A stretch of DNA of 64,000 nucleotides from an uncultured Candidatus Bathyarchaeia archaeon (GTDB lineage: Archaea > Thermoproteota > Bathyarchaeia > Bathyarchaeales > Bathycorpusculaceae), in contig CAYYXF010000001.1 in the NCBI GenBank assembly GCA_964475545.1, positions 9,107 through 73,106 on the forward strand. The letters are read 5' to 3'. The position numbers were made by a program, and so were the translations under genes. The notes beneath the pieces are model-generated. The model had not been told where the DNA came from. It saw only the letters and a list, made by a program, of their open reading frames with translations, and did not search any database. This document shows, in pieces, positions 1-7,906 of the stretch (its first letter is position 1; the number at the start of each line of letters is the position of its first letter).

Positions 1-194
1 AAAACCACAATCAGCCTACTCAAGTGCGACGTCGGCTCACTGGCAGACCATCACATTGTACCCAAACCACTCCTCAACATAGCTGAAAAAGCGCGCGCGA
101 ATTTGAACCAGCACGTTTGGGCCCTGAAGAGATGGAATACACTACTTTACAACAGGTACTGTTCAACTTCAAAGAACGATTCAAAACTGCCTAA
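1..194 (+). pseudogene. fbp: Relic of fructose-1,6-bisphosphate aldolase/phosphatase (class V FBPase): about 36 N-terminal codons joined, with a frame change, to the last ~33 codons
   Basis: Frame 1 (nt 1-108) reads KTTISLLKCDVGSLADHHIVPKPLLNIAEKARANL. As I recall it, this matches the family N-terminus (..TISVIKADIGS.GGH..). Frame 3 (nt 87-194) reads ..EFEPARLGPEEMEYTTLQQVLFNFKERFKTA*, which resembles the family C-terminus (..F.PHRL...EMEYTTLP...L..RF..). The ~300 codons in between are absent, and the next gene starts at 211. The start codon would lie just upstream of the window. Confidence 0.4.
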
Positions 195-210
195 GGCAAT
201 TTCAGTCCGG

Positions 211-774
211 TCACACGCTGCTCTCTGCTTGCTTCCTTACCTTAGCTAGCTCCTCACACCGATTCTTCACAACGTCATAAATTTTTCTACGCAGTTCCTC
301 TCCGAACATTTTCTGTTCTCTGACAAGCAGCGCTTTCCTGGCCAGTTCAACATCGCCTAAGCCGTTGAACCAGGCTTCAAAGTCTCCCCGGTTCGTATGA
401 AATTCTATCGAACCTGGATCAATGGTCATGATTTTCTCACACAAGTCTTGCAGACTTGCGGCATGAATGCCCAGCGGTTTTCCATAATCAGCATAGAACT
501 GGAAGGATTTTTCCATAGGCATATACGCCAAAATCTCGGATGCTTTTTCCTGGTCAATGTCGGGAAGACCTAGCGTCTTCTTTCCTTTCTCGGTTATACA
601 GTAGAACCCCTTCTCAGACGACACTGCATACCCCAAACGTGTGAGCCCTATAATGTGCATCATAACCGAAGGAAAGTTGACACCTGTATCCTTCGCTATC
701 TCTGTAGCTTTAGCCGGCTTGTCGAGCACCCACATAGTTTCAAGGATCAGCCGTTTAACAGGTGATACACTCAT
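211..774 (-). CDS. Winged-helix DNA-binding protein with a C-terminal domain of unknown function
   Basis: 187-aa ORF. The N-terminus (VKRLILETMWVLDKPAKATEIAKDTGVNFPSVMMHIIGLTRLGY) has a MarR/ArsR-like wHTH pattern. The C-terminal half (FQFYADYG..IEFHTNRGDFEAWF) is not assignable by eye. It is divergent from a methyltransferase/glycosyltransferase cluster. Confidence 0.55.
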   Translation of the reverse strand: MSVSPVKRLILETMWVLDKPAKATEIAKDTGVNFPSVMMHIIGLTRLGYAVSSEKGFYCITEKGKKTLGLPDIDQEKASEILAYMPMEKSFQFYADYGKPLGIHAASLQDLCEKIMTIDPGSIEFHTNRGDFEAWFNGLGDVELARKALLVREQKMFGEELRRKIYDVVKNRCEELAKVRKQAESSV

Positions 775-897
775 CTTGTTGCACCCTTACTCCCTTATCG
801 TATCTACCTTATAGACTTTTCAAGCTTTCCATGCTCTTACTCAGTGACAAGACCGAGCCTCTGATGAGACCTGTCGCAGCTGGACCATTATGGCAAC

Positions 898-1605
898 ATG
901 CTTATGAATATCAACCCAAACAAGTACTATAACAATAGAAGAACTGCCCGCTGCAATCCAAGGACGAGGAGACAGTTGACTAAATGGGACCAGATTCTGC
1001 CTGAAAAGGTATACAGCCTGGAACAACCTGACGAGTTCATTATCGACTATGTTCGTTTCCTACGCAACAGCAAGAGAACAAAGATACTGGACCTCGCTTG
1101 CGGCGCAGGGCGGCACGTTGTCTTCATGGCACAGCAAGGGATCAGAGTCAGCGGAACGGATGTCTCAGGAACAGGTTTGGGAATGACGAGAGAGCGGCTT
1201 AGGAAACGGGCATTGAGGGCTGATCTCGTTAAATCAGTGATGACACATTTGCCTTACAGAGATTCATGTTTTGACGCCGTAATATGCACTCGGGCTATTT
1301 ATCATCAAAAACTTGCAGAAATCAGAGAAACTCTCTCGGAAACACGCAGGGTTCTACGAAGAGGCGGCGCCGTTCTCATTGACTTTCTGTCGAAGAAAAC
1401 ATACAGCTATAGAAAAGGCGATGAAATTGAAGAAAACTCATTTGTCGAAACAGAAGGCCCTGAAAAGGGAGTCATCCATCATTTCGCTGACAAAAAAGAG
1501 CTAGAACATCTTTTCAATTGCTTTGAAATACTTCGCATAGAATTGCGCGAGAAGGAAGTTGAAGGCAAACTCCGAAGCCGTCTGATAGTCCAGGCAACTA
1601 AATGA
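898..1605 (+). CDS. Class I SAM-dependent methyltransferase
   Basis: 235-aa ORF with SAM-binding motif I (ILDLACGAGRH), an acidic motif II (GTDVS) and a post-I pattern typical of Methyltransf_11/25 proteins. The start is ambiguous (ATG at 898 or 904). Confidence 0.8.
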   Translation: MLMNINPNKYYNNRRTARCNPRTRRQLTKWDQILPEKVYSLEQPDEFIIDYVRFLRNSKRTKILDLACGAGRHVVFMAQQGIRVSGTDVSGTGLGMTRERLRKRALRADLVKSVMTHLPYRDSCFDAVICTRAIYHQKLAEIRETLSETRRVLRRGGAVLIDFLSKKTYSYRKGDEIEENSFVETEGPEKGVIHHFADKKELEHLFNCFEILRIELREKEVEGKLRSRLIVQATK

Positions 1606-1687
1606 TGTATTATCACTGAGGAAGGTAAATAAGTAATGCTTTTGTAAGCATAAGGCAACGTTGGGAAATCGAAGACGGTGAAAAACA

Positions 1688-2938
1688 ATGAAGATGGCAG
1701 TGCTTGTTTACGAGTACCCCCCGAAGATTGTGGGCGGTTTGGGGACATATGCAGCTGAAATTACGCGCAAGTTTGTCCTGATGGACAACGATATAACCAT
1801 TTTCACGATGAATGATGATACAGGCAGTCTTCCAACACGCGAAATTTGGCGAGGCATAGAAATCCACCGCCCCATAGACATCGACGTTTCGGACTCACTT
1901 CCAGACGTAATCGCAGAAGACATCAAAAAATGGGGCAGAGGCATCCATCTGTTCTCCAAAATTCTTGTTTACAACTACCTGAGTGCCTCAAAACTAGTCA
2001 ACGAACTCATCAGAAAAGAAGGCATAAAATACGACCTTGTGGTTGCCCATGACTGGCTCTCAGCAATAGGTGGAATAACCGTCAAGAAAGAAGTCGGGCT
2101 GCCGCTGGCTTTCCATGTTCACTCAACTGAAAAAGGAAGAACACTAGGAAACGGCTCAGAAACTGTAAGCAACATTGAACTCCACTGTGCCATGGCAGCT
2201 GACGTGATAGTCACCGTTTCCTACGCCATGAAAGACGAGCTCACAAAGCTTGGGTTCCCAAAAGACAAGATACAAGTATGCTACAACGGTGTCGACCCGC
2301 AGAAATACAGCCCAGAAACAGTAAATGCTGAGCAAATCAAAAAAGTCAGAGAATTCTACGGCATAAAGGATGGCGAACTAATGATTCTCTTTCTGGGCAG
2401 ACTAGTAGGGGTAAAGGGAGTCGACAAACTCATAATGGCCATGCCACATGTTTTACAGAAAATACCAAAGGCGAAACTTGTCATCGTAGGCCTCGGCGAC
2501 CTGCAAGAATACTTGTCTAACCTAGTCAAAGCCACAAAAATGCAGGACTACGTGAAATTCCGCTTCGACTTCATCCCAGAAGAAGAACGCATTCTCCACT
2601 ATGCCGCATGCGACGTGGCTGTCTTCCCAAGCCTGTACGAACCCTTCGGGATCGTTGCGCTAGAAGCGATGAGCATGGAACGCCCGGTCGTAGTCGGCGC
2701 AGCAGGCGTAAGTGGAATGCGAGAAATAGTCATCTGCTGCGGCGAAGAACAATGCGGCTATCACGTGAACCCAAGCAACCCTTCAGACATAGCTTGGGGC
2801 ATAAACAGCGCCCTAGAAAATCCTGAGAAAATCAAATGGCTGGGCAAGAATGGCAGGCGCCGAGTCCTGAGCGAGTTTACATGGGACAAGATAGCTGAAA
2901 GAACGTTAGAGGTATACGAGCAGACCATAAAACGTTGA
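1688..2938 (+). CDS. Glycosyltransferase, GT4/GT5 type (glycogen-synthase-like fold)
   Basis: 416-aa ORF. The N-terminus (AVLVYEYPPKIVGGLGTY) has the (K/R)xGGL-like motif. The C-terminal E-x7-E motif is PSLYEPFGIVALEAM. A GGTGA-like element sits upstream of the ATG. Confidence 0.85.
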   Translation: MKMAVLVYEYPPKIVGGLGTYAAEITRKFVLMDNDITIFTMNDDTGSLPTREIWRGIEIHRPIDIDVSDSLPDVIAEDIKKWGRGIHLFSKILVYNYLSASKLVNELIRKEGIKYDLVVAHDWLSAIGGITVKKEVGLPLAFHVHSTEKGRTLGNGSETVSNIELHCAMAADVIVTVSYAMKDELTKLGFPKDKIQVCYNGVDPQKYSPETVNAEQIKKVREFYGIKDGELMILFLGRLVGVKGVDKLIMAMPHVLQKIPKAKLVIVGLGDLQEYLSNLVKATKMQDYVKFRFDFIPEEERILHYAACDVAVFPSLYEPFGIVALEAMSMERPVVVGAAGVSGMREIVICCGEEQCGYHVNPSNPSDIAWGINSALENPEKIKWLGKNGRRRVLSEFTWDKIAERTLEVYEQTIKR

Positions 2939-3588
2939 GCCTCAGCTCGTTCAAACGAAATGGTGAACCCTTGGATTTTGAAAGCCTAAGCTTAAGAAGA
3001 AGGATTGCCAGAGAGGCCGCGAACCTCCTATATTCCGGAGTTGAAAAAGAGTACAAACAGGCAAAACTTAAAGCTGCAAAAGCTTTTGGAGCAAATCTTC
3101 TTCCAACAAATCTTGAAGTTGCAATGGAACTGGACAGAGCAGCAGAAGAGAACGAAGGCCCAGCCAGGCATGATCGATTAGTCGCAATGCGAAGGGAAGC
3201 CCTAGCGCTGATGGAAATCCTGAAAGAATATAACCCCGTGCTGACTGGAAGCGTTTGGCGCGGAACAATACATCATGGTAGTGACATAGACATAGTTGTT
3301 TACCATGATCAGCCTGAAGAGGTCTTGAAAATACTAAGACGCAACAGCGTCAAGGTAACCCTAGCTGAACAAGTAGCCGTGACAAAGAAAGGAAGCAGGA
3401 AGGGCTCTTTTCACATACACGCAGAGTCTCTGGCTGGAGAAGAGGTAGAGATCAAAGTCTGCAGCCCCGAAGAAGCGGAAGTCAGAGTCAAATGCGAGAT
3501 ATATGGAGATCAGGTCGTGGGCCTTCGAACTGAGGAAGTGAGGAGGGTTCTTGGGCAAAATCCAGTGCAACGATTTGTGCCTTTCTAA
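2935..3588 (+). CDS. Pol-beta-superfamily nucleotidyltransferase domain protein
   Basis: 217-aa ORF. The TTG start overlaps the upstream stop (TTGA), suggesting translational coupling. It carries the GS-x(n)-DxD signature (TGSVWRGTIHHGSDIDIVVY) of minimal nucleotidyltransferases. Confidence 0.6.
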   Translation: MSLSSFKRNGEPLDFESLSLRRRIAREAANLLYSGVEKEYKQAKLKAAKAFGANLLPTNLEVAMELDRAAEENEGPARHDRLVAMRREALALMEILKEYNPVLTGSVWRGTIHHGSDIDIVVYHDQPEEVLKILRRNSVKVTLAEQVAVTKKGSRKGSFHIHAESLAGEEVEIKVCSPEEAEVRVKCEIYGDQVVGLRTEEVRRVLGQNPVQRFVPF

Positions 3589-3687
3589 ATTAGATGCCTC
3601 CCAAGACTGATTTGCCGCTTGCCGAATAGATGTTTAAATATGGCAATTTCCCCTAAATAACATGGAAAAGCTTCGCTTCAGCTGAGT

Positions 3688-4038
3688 GTGCCCATGGCAT
3701 TCGACAAGGAAACGATGAAAAGGATGTTCCCAAACCTTGCCAAGGAGCTAGACCCTGACGATAACAAGGTGGCAATAAACTCAGTGCGGACAGACACACC
3801 AACAGGGGAAAGTGCATCTTCAAAACGTTTTGTACACTACATGCCAGATGTAATAGACTTCATTCGCCGTTGCGACGCAATAGAGCAAGCAGAAGAAATA
3901 ATCGCGTACATGGAAAGAAAAGGTGAAATTCAAAGGCAATATGCTGACAAACTTAGGAACCAATTGAAAAAAGAAGGTCTAAGAAGCTTCGGACCAAAAA
4001 AGGAACACGATTACTACCTTAAACACGGTGAACCCTGA
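3688..4038 (+). CDS. Small conserved-looking hypothetical protein
   Basis: 116-aa ORF (the ATG at 3694 is the likelier start). It is hydrophilic with a basic C-terminus. A TTTAAATA TATA-like box lies at 3633-3640. I cannot assign a family by eye. Confidence 0.45.
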   Translation: MPMAFDKETMKRMFPNLAKELDPDDNKVAINSVRTDTPTGESASSKRFVHYMPDVIDFIRRCDAIEQAEEIIAYMERKGEIQRQYADKLRNQLKKEGLRSFGPKKEHDYYLKHGEP

Positions 4039-4234
4039 CCACAGGACCAGTTGATGCCAGCTCAAGTTCTCAATGCCGTGATAAGTGAACGTTGACCATG
4101 TTTCTATCAGTATTTCCTGAGGCGAATGGGCAAATATATACGCGGCCAGGGCTGGATATTTCCAAAAGTAAATAAATGGGCTTATCAATAGATAGACAGC
4201 TTAAAACTCGGGATGTCAGACGGAGGAAGACCCA

Positions 4235-5950
4235 ATGAAAAGAACAGCTTCACTGTTTACTATTTTAACTGTTGCCATGATAGTCCTTATATCAATTTCA
4301 TTCAACACCAGACCAGTCAAGGCGGAAGGAGAATACAGCATAGACCAAGTCTTTCACACAGTAAAAACCATGTATAATGGCTATGTTTTCATAAATGACA
4401 CTATGACGTTGAATGTGACCGCGGGAGGACCCACTGAATTCTTAATAGGTTTCCCAGACAGATACGGTCAGAGCGTTCTCAAATGTCTTGCCTTCAGCGG
4501 ATCAGAGATCTTTCCTGTGTCTCTTAACGTACCATTTGGCGGTCGCATGGGTTTCTATGGTGCGAGAGTGGATTTTCCGCTCGGAGCACCGCAAACTTTC
4601 ACCGTGGGATTTGTACTCTCCAACAGTCTCGTTATACAGGATCCCCAGAACGAGAGTCTGTATGGGTTGGACTTTCCGGCCTATCCGAGTTTGGTGAAAA
4701 AAGCTGGTCTCTGCAACGTATCAATCATCATTCCGCAAGGCGCTCTGTTCATGGGCGGGACAGTGAACAGTCTTGCGTACGGGCAGGAATTGCAGGAATT
4801 TACGAGTTTACCTGCACGCTTGGCTTTCCTAATATCCGTGGAGAGAATTACGATAGTTGACATAACAAATCTAAACCGCGACATAATCGTAAACGAGTTT
4901 GGTGGAATTAGCGGCGTTGACACCTATGATATCACAAATATGGCATCGCTGCCATTGACGGCCTTTGACGTGTTCCTGCCTCGTAACGCTTCCGATCCTC
5001 AAGCAACGGACCAGTTTGGAAGAAAGATGACTGACTCAACACAATCAGACGCGGATACGAACCGCTACGAAGTCGTTTTCAACGAGCGGGTCGAAAGTGG
5101 TAAGTCAAGCACATTTACCGTGATGTATTCTTTGCCTGGGAATTATCTTGCGCATGAAAGCGCTAACGTTTTCGCTTTGACACTTCCGTTGTTCGAATAC
5201 GAAAATTACTATACTGATCAGGCATGGGTCACCATCACCTTGCCTGAGGGCGCGAATGTCAATCTACTTGAGTACAACCTGACTGGAGAGAATTACAGCA
5301 TTGGAAGAGGAGTCTATCAGGAGACGGTTTCACTGAACCAAGAGCGCATCCTTGTGCTGGACAAGGTTACGCTTGGAGTCTCGTATGAATATGACCCGCT
5401 CTGGGCATCGTTCCGTCCAACCATGTGGGTTTGGGCAGCCGCAATCGTTGGATGCTTGGTTGGTGCTGTTGTTTGGCAGAGACCCAAGGAGCCAAGTCGC
5501 GCTCCTGTATCCGCTGTGGCATCGAAACTTGGTCCAGAATATTTCAGATCATTCGTCGACACTTATGATGAGAAGAAGAAGATAGATTTGGAACTGGACT
5601 CCTTGGAAGCAAGGATGGAAAAGGGCAGGATCCCAAGACAAAGATACAGGGTTCTGAGAAGAACGTTGGAGGCACGTCTCAGCGCAGTGTCCAGAAACCT
5701 AACGGAGTTCAAGGAGAGAATGCGTGCCGCTGGTGGCCAATATTCAGGGTTGATGCTACAGCTTGAAGTTGCAGAAGCCGAAATAAGCGAAGTCAAGGCC
5801 AATATCAAGAATGCTGAGACCCTTCACAATCGGGGAGAGCTCTCGTTAGAAGCTTACCGAAACCGTCTAGCAGATTATCAACGCAAGAAAGAAAAAGCTG
5901 AAACTACGATTAACGGAATTCTCCTGAGACTACGTGAGGAAATCCGATAA
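4235..5950 (+). CDS. Secreted type-I membrane glycoprotein, ribophorin I (OST1)-like candidate
   Basis: 571-aa ORF. It has a signal peptide (..RPVKA/EG), a ~365-aa ectodomain with 7 N-x-S/T sequons, one TM (residues 396-414) and a ~155-aa cytosolic coiled coil. That is the same topology as eukaryotic ribophorin I. Local matches as I recall RPN1: VTITLPEGANVN vs IILPEGAKNI, and RDIIVNEFGGISGVDTY vs [13 protein letters not shown]. The tail GELSLEAYRNRLADYQRKKEKAETTINGIL resembles [30 protein letters not shown]. Confidence 0.5.
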   Translation: MKRTASLFTILTVAMIVLISISFNTRPVKAEGEYSIDQVFHTVKTMYNGYVFINDTMTLNVTAGGPTEFLIGFPDRYGQSVLKCLAFSGSEIFPVSLNVPFGGRMGFYGARVDFPLGAPQTFTVGFVLSNSLVIQDPQNESLYGLDFPAYPSLVKKAGLCNVSIIIPQGALFMGGTVNSLAYGQELQEFTSLPARLAFLISVERITIVDITNLNRDIIVNEFGGISGVDTYDITNMASLPLTAFDVFLPRNASDPQATDQFGRKMTDSTQSDADTNRYEVVFNERVESGKSSTFTVMYSLPGNYLAHESANVFALTLPLFEYENYYTDQAWVTITLPEGANVNLLEYNLTGENYSIGRGVYQETVSLNQERILVLDKVTLGVSYEYDPLWASFRPTMWVWAAAIVGCLVGAVVWQRPKEPSRAPVSAVASKLGPEYFRSFVDTYDEKKKIDLELDSLEARMEKGRIPRQRYRVLRRTLEARLSAVSRNLTEFKERMRAAGGQYSGLMLQLEVAEAEISEVKANIKNAETLHNRGELSLEAYRNRLADYQRKKEKAETTINGILLRLREEIR

Positions 5951-6016
5951 ATCAACCTAAATGCTTTTATGCCAGCACCAGATTTTCAATGAAATTCACG
6001 CAAAGAGGAGAAGCAT

Positions 6017-6199
6017 ATGGTTAAGATAGCAATTGATAACCATAAATGCACCGGATGCGGAACATGCAAAGACACATGCCCCGTGGGCGTCTATGAAATA
6101 AAGGACGGAAAGTCAGTCGCTGTGAAACCAGACGAATGCCTAGTCTGCAGAGCATGTGAGGTCCAATGTGCCGAAGGAGCAATCCAAGTCATAGAGTAA
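6017..6199 (+). CDS. fdx: 2x[4Fe-4S] ferredoxin
   Basis: 60-aa ORF with two CxxCxxCxxxCP-type clusters (CTGCGTCKDTCP and CLVCRACEVQC). A GGAG-containing element sits upstream of the ATG. Confidence 0.9.
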   Translation: MVKIAIDNHKCTGCGTCKDTCPVGVYEIKDGKSVAVKPDECLVCRACEVQCAEGAIQVIE

Positions 6200-6323
6200 T
6201 CCCAAAGCATCTCACATCAACCTCAAACTGACGTTCTTATCAAGTATCCAAAAGCTCATCGAACATTCTTTCCCTTCTTAAGGTCTTTTCACCCTGCAAG
6301 CGCGCGCTTCGAAGGTAGGGAAC

Positions 6324-7313
6324 TTATAGCCTCCTAGGCACGACCAGATCAGCAATGTCTACACTATGCTCGTAGATCTGCCTAAGGAATGAAGCTACTG
6401 CCAGAACCAGCGGCACCACCTCAAGCGACTGCCTCCTAGCAACCGTCTCAATGTCAGCATAAGTCTTTTCAATTTTCTCTTGCATTTCCCGCACGCCCCC
6501 AGCCAAGGTTATGTCTCCTGTTAGGAAGGCGCTCAGAGCGTTCTCATGGGCAGCGAAGCAAGACGCGTGAAAATCTACGAACAACTTTCGAATATCCTCC
6601 GTCAACTTGGTACCTTTCAACTCAATCGTTTTCTGAGCTGCATGGACACATTCGTCTCCAATAGCTTCTACCAGACTTGCAACCAAGCGGTAGTCAAGAC
6701 ATTCGATGGGAGCAACACCTAATTTCCCACTCAGACTCGGGTTCTGAACGATAGTCCGCAAGATGCGCACCAGAAGGAAGTAAAGTCTGTTCCCCTCATC
6801 ATCACGTGCTACAACGCTCTTTGCCAGTGGCACATCCCCATCCACAAAGGAATTAACCACGTCACGATGCATTCCCACAGCAATCGCATAGCTTCGTCGC
6901 AGAATCTTCTCAGGTGGAAACCCCGAAGGTTCCAACAAACACTGCAAAACAATGCTGGAATAGTCCTCTTCCACTATCTCCAAACCAATCAGATGATCGA
7001 CAGTGCTCTTGACAGTATCTCGGACCTCAAAACTGACGCGATTTCCAGGTTCAATACGAATTATGTCGAAGCCTAGCAAATATTTGCCTATGATTTCACG
7101 ACTTAAATACGGGCTCGATTTCAAAGTAATCGTACGGGGAGATGGAGCAACGTCATATTCAGGATCAATGAGCAATTTCCCGTCCGCCGTTTCGCTTACC
7201 GTAACGAGGGAGCCTCTGTTCAAACCATAATGTTCAGCCCAAGACTTCGGCACACAAACAAAAAAAGTGCCACTTGGGGTGCGCTGGACCTTGCGAACAA
7301 TACTCACATACAT
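6324..7313 (-). CDS. PhoU-family regulator with an N-terminal AbrB/SpoVT domain
   Basis: The ORF track extends it to 7340 (GTG start); the ATG at 7313 gives MYVSIVRKVQRTPSGTFFVCVPKSWAEHYGLNRGSLV, an AbrB-type swapped hairpin. Two PhoU-like helical repeats follow. This architecture is typical of archaeal phosphate-uptake-regulator homologues. Confidence 0.7.
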   Translation of the reverse strand: MYVSIVRKVQRTPSGTFFVCVPKSWAEHYGLNRGSLVTVSETADGKLLIDPEYDVAPSPRTITLKSSPYLSREIIGKYLLGFDIIRIEPGNRVSFEVRDTVKSTVDHLIGLEIVEEDYSSIVLQCLLEPSGFPPEKILRRSYAIAVGMHRDVVNSFVDGDVPLAKSVVARDDEGNRLYFLLVRILRTIVQNPSLSGKLGVAPIECLDYRLVASLVEAIGDECVHAAQKTIELKGTKLTEDIRKLFVDFHASCFAAHENALSAFLTGDITLAGGVREMQEKIEKTYADIETVARRQSLEVVPLVLAVASFLRQIYEHSVDIADLVVPRRL

Positions 7314-7417
7314 CCCCACGAAGACACGAGCGCGTGCCACCCAGATACTAACGTATCTAAAGATCCCTCGAATATATAGATTTGAATAGGCGTGTTTAGA
7401 TTGAATGGGAAACCACT

Positions 7418-7890
7418 ATGGGAAAAGACCTTGCAACAAAACCGGAAAACCCGACAGGCGTAGCAGTTTTACAAAGCAAATCGGTGGAAGCCGGCCTAGT
7501 CTTCACAGACTCGGAAATATCGGAGGAAATTGGAAACTGCAACCCGGCACTAGTAGCAATTGATGGTCCCCTAGGTTTTCCAGACAGAGATTCTGAGAAG
7601 GTCTGATAGAGAAATGATAAAAGGGGGTTGAAGGTCTTTCCTCTGAGCCCTCCAAGCATGAAAACCTTACGACACATGCTATCAGACTAAACAAGTTAAT
7701 AGCAGAAGAGGGATACAAGACAATAGAAGTGCATCTCACATCAAGACGAAGAAGCTAAGCATGCCATCAAAAGATTGGAGAGCAATTCCGATTATCTTCA
7801 AAAGCATGGATTTGGAAGGCGATGCTAACAACGCGAGTCGTCACCTCCTACGAGACCGAAGCAATGACGAGCAAGAAGACCCCATTGTGA
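7418..7890 (+). pseudogene. Decayed DUF429/COG2410-type (RNase H-fold predicted nuclease) gene
   Basis: The intact N-terminus (GKDLATKPENPTGVAVL...ALVAIDGPLGFP) matches the family pattern GIDLA..PENPTG...AIDAPL.LP. Tandem in-frame stops follow (TGA TAG at 7604-7609). Recognisable pieces then continue in shifted frames: RNDKRGLKVFPLSPPSMKTL, YKTIEVH, SMPSKDWRAI..FKSMDLEGD and VTSYETEAMTS. Confidence 0.5.
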
Positions 7891-7906
7891 TCCCTAAAAA
7901 GAGGAA

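Noticed and set aside
861-900. CUGAUGA followed 12 nt later by CUGG, a possible C/D-box sRNA in the divergent spacer.
   Set aside because: The D' box is imperfect (CUGG). There is no C'/D pair or terminal stem, and the element runs into the methyltransferase start codon.
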